Source: Desulfonatronovibrio sp. (GTDB lineage: Bacteria > Desulfobacterota > Desulfovibrionia > Desulfovibrionales > Desulfonatronovibrionaceae). From it: a DNA stretch of 64,000 nucleotides. Every line of letters begins with the position of its first letter. Position 1 is the first letter of the stretch. A program made the position numbers and the translations under genes. This document shows positions 36,771-48,922 of this stretch, one piece after another. The notes under the pieces were generated by a model. The model did not search any database. It was not told where the DNA came from and was given only the letters and a program-made list of their open reading frames with translations. The stretch lies in assembly GCA_007121655.1 (NCBI GenBank), contig SKKD01000034.1, positions 1,237 through 65,236 of the forward strand. Direction: 5' to 3'.

Positions 36771-37611
36771 TTAGATAATTTTCGAGTCGTTCCAGCAATA
36801 ATTCCGGACTAAGGCTCCGGATCTGCCAGCTTGCCTCTAGAGAATGAACGCCTGAGTAAACAGAAATTATGTTCTTGTGTTCAATTTCCCGGTCCCAGGT
36901 TTCCAGCATCCTGTCAAAATTCATTATTGCATCTGTTGCAGACCATCCCGACGTGGTCAGGACCAGGCTCTGCATAAAACTCGATTTTATCTCAGGCCGT
37001 GAAAAAAAATATTCCCACAGATCAAACCAGACCTGATCAAGATCATTTCCTGAAGCGGACCTGCTTATATCATCATGAATAATGCTTCCATTCCAGAGGC
37101 CATCGGCTGTCTTGGCAAGACTGAGGATGGTGGCTGCATTTCCATCCACCATGGTCCCGGTGATCAGCTGGAGCTTCTGCAAAAGAGAAAAATCCGCGGG
37201 AGAAGCTCCCCGGGTATTAAAATCATAAGGCCACAATGACTCACTGGTGTAGTACACCCCTGTCTTCTGGAGCAGGGATCTCAGGGAGTCGGTATCAATA
37301 TTGACTTCCATGTCAAGAATAAGGACTGAATCGTTTTCCTTCCAGGATGCCTGGCGGTAACCCTGCACCAGGGGTCCTACATGCCCGTCAATGTGGTCCA
37401 GCAGTGCTGATTGCCTATCCTCTGATATGCCGGGAACTATCCTTTGCACTTCCAGGGAAACAGCCTCTCTGAAACCGGACTCCAGAGCTCTATCCCGAAG
37501 CTGGCCCCGGCTTTGATTCTCTACAAACTGTTCCTCGATCACAACTTGTTGCCAGGAATAGGCCGGCCCGGACAGCAAAAAAACAAACAGCAATAAAATT
37601 AATTTTTTCAT
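36736..37611 (-). CDS. Exported hypothetical protein
   Basis: Sec signal peptide MKKLILLLFVFLLSGPAYS. Confidence 0.75.
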   Translation of the reverse strand: MKKLILLLFVFLLSGPAYSWQQVVIEEQFVENQSRGQLRDRALESGFREAVSLEVQRIVPGISEDRQSALLDHIDGHVGPLVQGYRQASWKENDSVLILDMEVNIDTDSLRSLLQKTGVYYTSESLWPYDFNTRGASPADFSLLQKLQLITGTMVDGNAATILSLAKTADGLWNGSIIHDDISRSASGNDLDQVWFDLWEYFFSRPEIKSSFMQSLVLTTSGWSATDAIMNFDRMLETWDREIEHKNIISVYSGVHSLEASWQIRSLSPELLLERLENYLSAREIDYNTEH

Positions 37612-37614
37612 AAT

Positions 37615-38466
37615 TTACTTTAGAATAATATTAATTGAACAGTCATCTCTGGAGCTTGAGATGACCTGGATGAATTTATCCGATCCTTCGGCATTAAGCC
37701 CGATATCAGTTCCATGCTCTCCAAGAGCCCGTTCTGCCTTGATCCACGTGATTTGACCCTGGCTTTGAATTGTCCGGAACCCGGGTTCCTGCGAGGAGGA
37801 CCGGATATAACTGATGTTGCTCCTGCCGGCTTTTCTGCCTGAGCCAAGGGTTGAAGCCCGTAAAAGCATGTTCCCGTGTTTATCCGTAATGGACGGGATA
37901 ATTGCCGGAGAAACTCCAAGGCCGGCTGCGTCTATATTAATGACGCAATCACCGCTCAGCAGGGAATCGGAATCCTGGAAATCACCTGTCTCGACCGGAG
38001 CGAACAGAAATCCAGGCATAAAGAACCTGGTCTGTTCATCCCAGAGATCAAGCATCACAAAAGCCTCGACAAGGTTCTGGCCTCCGGGAACCGGAATCAT
38101 CACTCTGTCTACAACAGTCGCCTGCTGCACCATGGCGGCGAAATCTTTTGTTACGCCGGGATTCCTGCTCCGAACGTGGTTAATTGTAGTTGAGGAATCC
38201 AGATATGTTTCCCCGATGGAGTCGTGAAGGTTTTTCAGGGCCCTGAACCTTGCCTCCCGCTCAGCAACCATGGCCCTATGACTTGTGCTTTCTCCTTCTG
38301 CCGAAAAAATGCTGCTGCCGCCGGAAGTAATCACGTCCATGGTCCAATCCATTGAAGAACCGCCCATCTGAACCACGTAATTGTCCTGTCCGGCCCATGA
38401 AAAATTATCAGCGGCGGCGGACATTGACCATAAAAAAATTACTGAAAACATAAACATTTTTTTCAT
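37615..38466 (-). CDS. Exported hypothetical protein
   Basis: Signal peptide MKKMFMFSVIFLWSMSAAA; A.REARFRALKNL segment reminiscent of LPP20-like proteins. Confidence 0.7.
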   Translation of the reverse strand: MKKMFMFSVIFLWSMSAAADNFSWAGQDNYVVQMGGSSMDWTMDVITSGGSSIFSAEGESTSHRAMVAEREARFRALKNLHDSIGETYLDSSTTINHVRSRNPGVTKDFAAMVQQATVVDRVMIPVPGGQNLVEAFVMLDLWDEQTRFFMPGFLFAPVETGDFQDSDSLLSGDCVINIDAAGLGVSPAIIPSITDKHGNMLLRASTLGSGRKAGRSNISYIRSSSQEPGFRTIQSQGQITWIKAERALGEHGTDIGLNAEGSDKFIQVISSSRDDCSINIILK

Positions 38467-38487
38467 AATTAAGCCTTAATTTACATG

Positions 38488-39420
38488 CTAGCTCAAAAAG
38501 TCATTCACAGCATTGAGGCTGATGTTCACCTGGTCATTATTCAGGTATATGATCTCCCGTTCTTTTTTGAACCAGGTCAACTGTCTCTTGGCATATGCCC
38601 TTGTATTTTTCAGCCACAGATCCATGGCTTGTTCCAGATCGGTCTGCCCTTCAAGATATCCGATGATCTCCCGACAGCCGATTCCCGAAAAAGCAGGACT
38701 GGAAGGATCCCGGCCACTCTTCTCCCATGCCTTTTTAACTTCATCAAGGGCTCCGGCCCGGGTCATTCCGGTTATCCGCTGCCTGAGTCCGGGCATGAGT
38801 TCATCCAGTTCTTTCCAAATCCCCAGCTTAAGGGCCAGATAAAAAGGCTGACGGGTTTGTTCCCTGTGCCAGCATGAGAAAGACTTGCCTGTAGCCATGT
38901 ATACACCAAGGGCCCGGATAATTTTTTGACGGTCCCTGTTGGTGATGGTTTCCGAATAAAGGGGATCAACAAGAAGCAGTCTCTGATAAAGTTTCAGAAC
39001 TCCGATATTTCTGCATTCATTCTCCAGTTCCAACCGAATATCTTCGGGGATGGCCGGTATGTCGGCCAGCCCATAGATCAGGGACCTCAAATAAAGTCCT
39101 GTTCCTCCCACCAGGAAAGGTGTCCTGCCCCTGGCCAGAACTTCTGAAATGGTCTGTCTGGCCCTGTCAGTGAACCTGCCGGCGCTGATCCTGTCTTTCA
39201 ACCCGAGAAACCCGTAAAGGTGATGAGGGCAGACCTGTTTTTCCGATTCCGAAGGCTGGGCCGTGATTATCGGCAGGTCAGCGTAAACCTGCCTGGAATC
39301 AAAATTAATTACTTCCAGCGGAAACTCCTGGCTAAGCTTCAGGGCCAGTGCATTTTTGCCGCTTCCGGTAGGTCCGATGATGCAGACAATTCTGGGCAAC
39401 TCATTGGCTTTGTCACTCAT
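38488..39420 (-). CDS. miaA: tRNA dimethylallyltransferase
   Basis: GPTGSGK, DSRQVY, HHLYG, VGGTGLYL, YAKRQLTWF; start at ATG 39420. Confidence 0.95.
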   Translation of the reverse strand: MSDKANELPRIVCIIGPTGSGKNALALKLSQEFPLEVINFDSRQVYADLPIITAQPSESEKQVCPHHLYGFLGLKDRISAGRFTDRARQTISEVLARGRTPFLVGGTGLYLRSLIYGLADIPAIPEDIRLELENECRNIGVLKLYQRLLLVDPLYSETITNRDRQKIIRALGVYMATGKSFSCWHREQTRQPFYLALKLGIWKELDELMPGLRQRITGMTRAGALDEVKKAWEKSGRDPSSPAFSGIGCREIIGYLEGQTDLEQAMDLWLKNTRAYAKRQLTWFKKEREIIYLNNDQVNISLNAVNDFLS

Positions 39421-39431
39421 TTTGAATCTAC

Positions 39432-39926
39432 TTATAACCGTCCGAATTTCCTGTACAGATCTTTTTCGACATTGGGAGGCACAAGCCCGTGGATATCTCC
39501 GCCCAGCCTGGCCACGTCCTTGATCAGGGTGGAACTTATATAAAGCCATTTGTAATCAGTCATAAGAAAAGCAGTCTGAATGTTTCTATCCAGACGGCGA
39601 TTCATAAGGGCCATCTGAAATTCGTATTCAAAATCGGCCACAGCACGCATGCCTCTTAAAATGGCCACGGCCTTCTGACTGCGGGCATAATCCACAAGCA
39701 GGCCTTCAAACGGCTCCACCTGTATCCTGGCGTCTCCGTTAAAGGCCCTGCGGGTCATCCTGACTCTTTCTTCCAGATTAAAAAGGGGCGTTTTGGAAGT
39801 ATGGAGGGCAACACCGACGATAATTTTATCAAATATATCCAGCCCCCGTTTGACCAGGCTCACATGGCCGTTGGTCAAGGGATCAAATGTGCCGGGATAA
39901 ACAGCTATTCCTGTTTTTTTTTCCAT
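39432..39926 (-). CDS. coaD: Phosphopantetheine adenylyltransferase
   Basis: YPGTFDPLTNGH, RGMRAVADFEYE, ISST. Confidence 0.96.
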   Translation of the reverse strand: MEKKTGIAVYPGTFDPLTNGHVSLVKRGLDIFDKIIVGVALHTSKTPLFNLEERVRMTRRAFNGDARIQVEPFEGLLVDYARSQKAVAILRGMRAVADFEYEFQMALMNRRLDRNIQTAFLMTDYKWLYISSTLIKDVARLGGDIHGLVPPNVEKDLYRKFGRL

Positions 39927-40471
39927 ATGAGTATCCTTGTCTGTCCGAAATGTTTATCTTTGATTAAATTCAACCCTGCAAGAAACCGGGATTCTAGAGG
40001 GAGATTTTTTTCTATCTCAGCGCTTATCAATGCGTCTTCACTCAGCAGACCGGTCTTTAAAAGGCCGTCCAGAGCCGGCCTGGCCAGATCCATTCCATAG
40101 GGAGGATCAACAAATACCAGGTCAAAAGAACCTCTGACTTGCTTGTTCAAAAAAGTTATGGCGTCGGTGTTGATAACCCTGGCTCTCTGGCCGCCAATGC
40201 CCAGCATGAAAATATTCTGCCTGATAATCGCACATGCCCTGGAGCTTTTTTCAATAAAAAGGGCCGACTTTGCCCCTCTGCTCAGGGCTTCAAACCCTAA
40301 AGCACCGCTGCCGGCGAACAGGTCCAGAACGTTTATCCCCGACCAGTCAACCCCCCGTGCTTCCAGCATGGAAAAAAGGGATTCCCTGACTTTTCCGGTG
40401 GCGGGCCGGTATCCAGGACCAGACCCGGTTCTGAGAGTCCTGCCCTTGTACTCGCCGGCGATTATTCTCAT
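39905..40471 (-). CDS. rsmD: 16S rRNA m2G966 methyltransferase
   Basis: MRIIAGEYKGR, RPAT..VRESLF, LDLFAGSGALG, DPPY. Confidence 0.94.
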   Translation of the reverse strand: MRIIAGEYKGRTLRTGSGPGYRPATGKVRESLFSMLEARGVDWSGINVLDLFAGSGALGFEALSRGAKSALFIEKSSRACAIIRQNIFMLGIGGQRARVINTDAITFLNKQVRGSFDLVFVDPPYGMDLARPALDGLLKTGLLSEDALISAEIEKNLPLESRFLAGLNLIKDKHFGQTRILIWKKKQE

Positions 40472-40567
40472 AACTTAACCTCCCCATGGATAAATCCCAG
40501 GGGTTTACGTCCAGATATCTGGAAACCGTCAGCCAGTGAAGGTTAAGAGCCCTTAGAGCATGCCCGC

Positions 40568-41524
40568 TCAGCCTTCTTGTGATGCACGGAGTCCGTTTCT
40601 GTCCAGATAAGAAATTCCGGCCTCCATTCGTTCAGGCAGGAGTTCTATGCCATCTATCCATTTCCAGAGATATGCAAAGCACATATCACTCCCTCCGGAC
40701 ACTGTATCAATAATTATGCTTTGACAAATCCCGGTAAAATCGACATCTGTCTGCTGCATGCCCGGCAAGGGCATATCAAGTTTCTTCAGCCGAACGTGAA
40801 GCCTGTTCAACAGGTCATTAAAACACTGATTGTCGCAGTCTCCGGATATAATACAGATTTTCTCCCCGTTAAATTCAGCCACATGATCGTGTCTGCGAAG
40901 TTCCTGCTTTAAAAATTTCAGCACTGTTTTTTTGGCCAGCATGAGCGTTTCCCTGCCCTGACTGATTTCCATCAAGTCACGATTAGCCAGATCAAGAACA
41001 GCTACGGAAAGCCATGCCTTTTTTCTTCCCAGACGATTAATCTCTTCCCGAAGGACTTTTTGGAGTCCCTCCTGATTCAATGCCCCTGTCTCAGGATCAA
41101 GATAGATAATTTCTCTTAACTGCCGCATTTCGCGTACCGTGCTAAGTCCGGCTGTAACCCGCCATTCAAGCTCGCAGGCCAGGCAGGGACGGATCAGAAA
41201 ATCATGGGCGTCTGCCTGACTTTCACATATGGATACTCTTTGCCATTTCTGGCCCATAAGAATCATGTAAGGCAAATCCCTGCCTGCCTCCATCTGTCTC
41301 TTGCGGTAAATTCGGCAGAACTCCAGCCCGTCTATACCGGAGTCTTCAGCTGTAACCAGAACAATTGAAAAGGATTCATCCTCCAGCATTGTCAAAGCCT
41401 TGAAATGAGAATGAACCAAAGTCAGTTCAACTTCAGTATCCCCGAGAATTTCCAGGATTTCGTCAGCCAGGTCCTGATTGGGCTCAATAATTAAAATTCT
41501 TTCCTTTAGCATCTTTTTTTCCAT
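40568..41524 (-). CDS. Pseudo-receiver plus degenerate GGDEF protein
   Basis: REC fold (ILIIE, DGLEFCR, DFLIRP) lacking the phospho-Asp; DPETGALN and LSVAVLD, but GGDEF replaced by FNGEK. Confidence 0.7.
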   Translation of the reverse strand: MEKKMLKERILIIEPNQDLADEILEILGDTEVELTLVHSHFKALTMLEDESFSIVLVTAEDSGIDGLEFCRIYRKRQMEAGRDLPYMILMGQKWQRVSICESQADAHDFLIRPCLACELEWRVTAGLSTVREMRQLREIIYLDPETGALNQEGLQKVLREEINRLGRKKAWLSVAVLDLANRDLMEISQGRETLMLAKKTVLKFLKQELRRHDHVAEFNGEKICIISGDCDNQCFNDLLNRLHVRLKKLDMPLPGMQQTDVDFTGICQSIIIDTVSGGSDMCFAYLWKWIDGIELLPERMEAGISYLDRNGLRASQEG

Positions 41525-41544
41525 TAAAGCTCAGATGTTGGTAA

Positions 41545-43794
41545 TCAGGCAATGTTCAGCTGCTTTCTGCTGAGGACCGGAAGTTCAACGACAAAGATCA
41601 CTCCCCTGGGATGGTTGCTTTTTACCCGGACATATCCACCATGATCGGAAACAATGGATTTGACTATGGCGAGTCCCAGGCCTGTCCCTTCCTTTTTGCT
41701 GGAATAATACGGTTCAAACATTCTGGCCCTTTCTTCAGATTTAAGACCCGGGCCATTGTCGGCTACATGAACAAAAATCCTTTTCAGCTGCTGATCATAG
41801 TCAACGCTGATTTTGGCAAATCCGTCATTTACATCGCACAGTGCTTCCGCAGCATTGAGAAACAGGTTCATAAACACCCTTTTGAGGGCGTCGCGGTCAA
41901 AATTGAATTCGGGCAGGGCAGAGATATACTTAAGATCCCAGGTGATATTCCTGTGGCTTTGTCTGAATATGGATATCACCTCTTCCAACAATGTATCCAG
42001 CCGGTCAAGCCTGAGTTTGACATCCGGAAGCTTGGCAAAGGCTGAAAACTCCCTGACCATCTGCTGAAGGTTCTCCACCTGTCTGATAATGAGCCGGGTA
42101 CTCTGGATAAATGATGGATCCTTTATCTCGTGGCTGAATTTTTTTTCCAGGCGCTGGGCTGAAAGCTTAATGGGCGTAAGAGGATTTTTTATCTCATGGG
42201 CTATGCGTTTGGCCACTTCACGCCAGGCAGCCAGACGCTGCATTTTGTCAAGTTCGGTAATGTCTTCGAACACGGCCACGATTCCATAGTCGTCACCGTT
42301 ATCGGCCTTCAGGATAACCGCGTTGACCAGAATCTTGACCATCCGGCCCCGCACATCTATCTCCAGCTGTCTCTGCCACTGTGATTCCGGGAGATCGCTC
42401 AGCTGAACAAGCACATCCCTGATCAGGGCTCCGTATTCACCCGCAACCAGATCCAAGGGGTATCTTCCCAGAACTTTTTTGCTGTCAAGACCCAGGATGA
42501 ATTCAGCCGCTTTGTTAACAGTAGTTATCTTTCCATCCTGATCTACGGAAATTACCCCGGCAGTAATATTGTCCAATACGACTTCCATATACCGGCCCCT
42601 GGCTTCCAGTTCAATATTCTGGTCCTCAAGGCGCAGGTTCACCGCGGTAAATTTTTTCTGGGAATTTTTCAGATCCATGGCCATTTTGTTGAAAGAGCGC
42701 ACCAGCAACCCAAGCTCATCATCGGAGTGGTCTTCCAGACGCACATCCAGATCCCCCCTGGCAATTCTCTGAGTCCCTTCGGCCAGGGCCATGACCGGTT
42801 CGGATATTTCTCTGGAAAGCTTGAACCCGTACCAGATTGAGCCGAAAATAATCATAAGGGTGATAACGGCAAGTATGGTGTAAAGGGCAGCCTTTAAGGG
42901 ATATTTAATGGTTTCCAGTTTTCTGTACTCATCCAGTCCCTGCACAATTCCTTCAAGCCTGGCCAGAAGTCCAGGTTCAACCTTTTGTCCAACCACCAGA
43001 AATCCGGTTCTGGCGTTGTCAACCGGAAGTATCCCGATCACAAGGTCCCCTGTTTCGCTGGACCACAACCCTGTCCAGTAAACGGGTTTTTCCAACAGGT
43101 CAGGCCAGGGTATGCTTTCCTTTATCAGAGGCCAGCGCTCGTCCCATTCGGAACTGGCAAACCAGTTTTGTTCACTGAGGTTTGGGTTGATCACTCCCAT
43201 CAGGGTCAGGTCCTGTTCGCTGCTTCTTTTTGCTTCAAGAAAGAGATCCATGCCCTGACCGCCCCACAGAAACTCATTTTGACGAATTTGATCAAGGGTA
43301 GATACAGCCCGGACTTCCAGGCCTTTTTTCACGGAACTGTAAAAAAGCTGACCCACCTCAAGGGCCTGGGTCATGGAACTGGCCACTTGTTCCTGGAACC
43401 AGTAGTCTACGGATGTCTGTACAAAACGCACGGCAATAAAGAACATCAGCATAACAGGAATCAATGACATGGAAACAAAGGCAAGGACCAGACGGGTCCT
43501 GAGCTTTGAACCCAGTACTTTCCTCCTGCGCTCAATTATCAGTTTGAATATGTTTCTTACCACAAGAAAAAGAATAAGCAGAAGCAGAATAAAATTCAGG
43601 TTAAAAAAAGCCAGAAACAGGTAGGAATCCACTCCAAAGTATTTGAGTTCAACCCAGGTAAGCATCCCTATAAGGCTGATGGCTCCAAGAATAAGAAAAA
43701 AATCCCTTCGTTTTTTTCTTTTTTCTCTTTGCCGCGGGTCGGAAAATGGTGTGGCTTTCTGATTCGTCATTTTATCACGTGGGAAGAGCTTCAA
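41545..43794 (-). CDS. NtrY-like sensor histidine kinase (HAMP-PAS-HisKA-HATPase)
   Basis: AWREVAKRIAHEIKNPLTPI, DNGPG, GTGLGL; TM helices; start 43794 or 43770. Confidence 0.92.
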   Translation of the reverse strand: MKLFPRDKMTNQKATPFSDPRQREKRKKRRDFFLILGAISLIGMLTWVELKYFGVDSYLFLAFFNLNFILLLLILFLVVRNIFKLIIERRRKVLGSKLRTRLVLAFVSMSLIPVMLMFFIAVRFVQTSVDYWFQEQVASSMTQALEVGQLFYSSVKKGLEVRAVSTLDQIRQNEFLWGGQGMDLFLEAKRSSEQDLTLMGVINPNLSEQNWFASSEWDERWPLIKESIPWPDLLEKPVYWTGLWSSETGDLVIGILPVDNARTGFLVVGQKVEPGLLARLEGIVQGLDEYRKLETIKYPLKAALYTILAVITLMIIFGSIWYGFKLSREISEPVMALAEGTQRIARGDLDVRLEDHSDDELGLLVRSFNKMAMDLKNSQKKFTAVNLRLEDQNIELEARGRYMEVVLDNITAGVISVDQDGKITTVNKAAEFILGLDSKKVLGRYPLDLVAGEYGALIRDVLVQLSDLPESQWQRQLEIDVRGRMVKILVNAVILKADNGDDYGIVAVFEDITELDKMQRLAAWREVAKRIAHEIKNPLTPIKLSAQRLEKKFSHEIKDPSFIQSTRLIIRQVENLQQMVREFSAFAKLPDVKLRLDRLDTLLEEVISIFRQSHRNITWDLKYISALPEFNFDRDALKRVFMNLFLNAAEALCDVNDGFAKISVDYDQQLKRIFVHVADNGPGLKSEERARMFEPYYSSKKEGTGLGLAIVKSIVSDHGGYVRVKSNHPRGVIFVVELPVLSRKQLNIA

Positions 43795-43861
43795 GTTTTA
43801 CCCTGTGCCCGGTAGGGGTAAGCTTTTTAGTCTTGCATCAGATTATCTGAATTATCCAGGA

Positions 43862-44422
43862 CTAAAGGGAAAATTCCATTTCATAACGAATTGATCTGGC
43901 CAGATCCCAGGACCAGAAAAAGAGAGTCCTCTTTATCCATTTGGGAACTCCCCTGGATATAAGCTTAACCTGAATCCTGACGGTATATTTCTGGCCGCTT
44001 TCCAGCATATCCATGGGCACGAGCTCAATCTTCATGTCCCCGAACTGTTCTAGAAAATCGCTTTTCTCAAAACTGTCCAGGCTCCGTTTTTGATCCGGAT
44101 AAATTATATTGTATTTTCCTGATAAAAGATCTTTTTCAAGACCAATCTCAATCTCCCTGTCTTCAACAGACATGTTCCAGAAAATAATTCTATTTTTAAA
44201 GATACTTACATCGCAGAGCAGGGCGACCTTGGAGCCATTGTCCAGAGCGGTCTTAATCTTTTCAAAGTCGTCGACTTCTACGGAAAACCGGGTTTGGAGG
44301 TTGTCTTCGTAAGTTTCAAGAAGAAAACTTGAAAGATCGAGTTTCTGAGAATTGGCCTCCCTGTCAGGAATCAGCAGAAAAACAATCACGACTGTAAGTA
44401 ATATTGGGAATAATTTTTTCAT
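43862..44422 (-). CDS. DUF4390-like exported protein
   Basis: Signal peptide; position upstream of the NtrY-like kinase; VPKWIKRTLFFWSW. Confidence 0.7.
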   Translation of the reverse strand: MKKLFPILLTVVIVFLLIPDREANSQKLDLSSFLLETYEDNLQTRFSVEVDDFEKIKTALDNGSKVALLCDVSIFKNRIIFWNMSVEDREIEIGLEKDLLSGKYNIIYPDQKRSLDSFEKSDFLEQFGDMKIELVPMDMLESGQKYTVRIQVKLISRGVPKWIKRTLFFWSWDLARSIRYEMEFSL

Positions 44423-44454
44423 TATTAAAAGGGGTTCTGACTCAAGTTTGAAAA

Positions 44455-45237
44455 TTAAGTTAGCAGATCAGTCATTGTATAAAGCTTTCCGGATTTTTTT
44501 CCCATTATCCACTTTGCCGCCCTGATGGCTCCCTGGGCAAAGGTTTCCCTGGAATGAGCCCTGTGGGTCACCTCTATCCGTTCTCCGGGTCCAAGAAAGT
44601 AAACAGTATGATCGCCCGTTACATCTCCACCCCGCAAGGTCTGGACCCCGATTTCCCGGGCTCCCCTCTCACCGATCATCCCTTTCCTGGAGAATACTCC
44701 GTAATCTTCCAGGTTCAGTCCTTTGGCGGCAGCCAAAACCTGGGCCAGCTTAAGAGCTGTGCCAGAAGGGGCGTCTTTCTTGAATTTATGATGTATGTCC
44801 ATCAGTTCAAGGTCATACTTATCACCCAGGAGCTTGAGCAGATCAGGCAAAATTTTAAGTAACGCATTAATACCCACACTCATGTTGGGGGCCCAGAAAA
44901 GGGGGGTTTCAACTGCCAGCTTTTCCAGCTGCTCAAGCTGCCCGCTGCTGAAACCTGTGGTTCCCATGACCGCGGAGGCCTTATTTGCCGCGCATGCAGC
45001 GGCCACATCCAGGCTTGCTTCAGGAGATGTAAAATCTATGACCACGCACCTGCCTGTCCTGGAAAGTATTTCTGAGAGATCACCTGCTGAAGGACAATTG
45101 TATTTTTCCAGGCCGTGGAGACGGTCAGCCTTTTCAACCACCCCGGCAAGCTCCAGTGCGGGATCTTCCTGTACCAGGCAGGCAATGGTGCCGCCCATCC
45201 GGCCCTTAACGCCGGTGACGACTATCTTGTTATCCAT
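44455..45237 (-). CDS. dapB: 4-hydroxy-tetrahydrodipicolinate reductase
   Basis: GVKGRMG, IDFT, GTTG, PNMSVG, HHKFKKDAPSGTA; AAGGAG RBS before ATG 45237. Confidence 0.96.
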   Translation of the reverse strand: MDNKIVVTGVKGRMGGTIACLVQEDPALELAGVVEKADRLHGLEKYNCPSAGDLSEILSRTGRCVVIDFTSPEASLDVAAACAANKASAVMGTTGFSSGQLEQLEKLAVETPLFWAPNMSVGINALLKILPDLLKLLGDKYDLELMDIHHKFKKDAPSGTALKLAQVLAAAKGLNLEDYGVFSRKGMIGERGAREIGVQTLRGGDVTGDHTVYFLGPGERIEVTHRAHSRETFAQGAIRAAKWIMGKKSGKLYTMTDLLT

Positions 45238-45490
45238 AAAAAACTCCTTTTTCAAATTACTTGCCATGATTCCGGCTGACAAAGGGAAAGACCTTCCCAT
45301 TTATAAATTTACCGGAAGTTCTTGTTCTGATTCTGAGAGCGGCATGGCGTGGGCAAGACAAGGGTGGCCCGAACCAGGCCGTAGGACTCAGGACCCGGAT
45401 AAAAAGGTTTTTGCCCTTGTCCGGGGCGACTTCCAGAGCACAAAAGGGTGCAGCCGGCCAGAAAATACAAAATGTTCAATTTTATGTTTA

Positions 45491-47521
<2,031 letters not shown>

Positions 47522-47554
47522 TCAAGAATACCTGCACAAAAACCACGGATTGCA

Positions 47555-48814
47555 CTAAATTCTAACCTGACCCTCGCCGAATACGACAAACTTGGCACTG
47601 GTAAGTTCTTTCACCCCCATGGGACCGTAGGCGTGGAGTTTGGAGGTGGAAATGCCTATTTCCGCGCCCAGCCCGAATTCTCCGCCGTCATTGAAACGTG
47701 TGGATGAATTTATCAATACCGCCGAGGCGTCCACCTCCCGGATAAATCTCATGGCCCTGGAATAATCTCTGGTCAGGATTGCTTCAGAGTGATTGGATCC
47801 GAAGCTGTCGATATGATCCTGTGCCATAGACTGTGAATCAACCACCTTCACAGCCAGAGTAAGGGATAAATATTCAAAACCCCAATCCCCGTCGGTAGCC
47901 GCACTGGCAGTTTCCCCAAGCAGGGACAGGGATTTATTACAGGCCCTGAAATCAACTCCTGCAAGCCCCAGTTTATGGGCAACCATGGGCAGAAAAGTTT
48001 CCGCGATATCCTTGTGAACCAGCAGGCATTCAAGGGCGTTGCAGACCCCCGGCCTCTGAACCTTGGCATTGTAAACGATTTCCTGGGCCTGGTTAAGATC
48101 CGCGTCTTTATGAACGTATATATGACAGACACCTTTATAATGCTTTAAAACCGGCATTGTGGCGTCCCTGACCACCGCGCGGATCAAGCCTTCTCCCCCC
48201 CTGGGGATGATCACGTCAATATAATTATCCAGTTTCAGCATTATGCTGACAGCTTCCCTGTCCCTTGTGGGCAGGGTGGAAACTCCATTTTCAGGCAGAC
48301 CGGATGCTTCGAGGGCTCTGGATATAAGACCTGCCAGGCATTTATTGGAATTGAAAGCTTCCGAACCTCCGCGAAGGATGACCGCGTTGCCCGCCTTCAG
48401 GCAAAGAATGGCCGAGTCTATGGTCACGTTTGGCCTTGACTCGTAAATTATTGCCACCACTCCTAAAGGCACGCGCATCCGACCAACCATTATTCCTGAG
48501 GGCCTTTTTTTCATCTCTTCAATGGCCCCCACGGGATCCGGCATAGCTGCCACATCTTCACACGCCCGGGCCATGGATTCTATTGTTCCGGAGGTGATTT
48601 TCAACCTCTCGATTCTGGCTTCATCCATGTTATTCTCAACAGCCGCGTCAAGATCCACCCTGTTGGCTTCCAGGATCTCCTTTTCGCCTGATCTAAGCAG
48701 CGTAGCCAGGAGGGTAAGGGCTTTTTGCTTTTGGGCGGAATCAGATCTGGCCAGTATTCTGGAGGCTTGCTTTGCCTCAGCAGCAGTCTGAATTATGCTT
48801 TCTTCAAGATTCAT
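47555..48814 (-). CDS. proA: Gamma-glutamyl phosphate reductase
   Basis: IYESRPNVT, IIPRGGEGL, VCNALE, STRFNDG, STSKLHAYGP. Confidence 0.96.
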   Translation of the reverse strand: MNLEESIIQTAAEAKQASRILARSDSAQKQKALTLLATLLRSGEKEILEANRVDLDAAVENNMDEARIERLKITSGTIESMARACEDVAAMPDPVGAIEEMKKRPSGIMVGRMRVPLGVVAIIYESRPNVTIDSAILCLKAGNAVILRGGSEAFNSNKCLAGLISRALEASGLPENGVSTLPTRDREAVSIMLKLDNYIDVIIPRGGEGLIRAVVRDATMPVLKHYKGVCHIYVHKDADLNQAQEIVYNAKVQRPGVCNALECLLVHKDIAETFLPMVAHKLGLAGVDFRACNKSLSLLGETASAATDGDWGFEYLSLTLAVKVVDSQSMAQDHIDSFGSNHSEAILTRDYSRAMRFIREVDASAVLINSSTRFNDGGEFGLGAEIGISTSKLHAYGPMGVKELTSAKFVVFGEGQVRI

Positions 48815-48922
48815 TATTGATTATCCTCCGTTGTTCCGGCACACAGGCTCGGAGCAATTTAGTTTTCATCCGGCAAAAAAAAACGGTCTTTTCCTTGTTC
48901 CCCTCAAGTTTTCAGCCTGAAT

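Noticed and set aside
45238-45490. Lysine riboswitch upstream of dapB
   Set aside because: Consensus elements (AGAGGYGC start, GCCGAA, ACTGTC, GCGCT end) were not found on the coding strand; kept only as an unassigned structure
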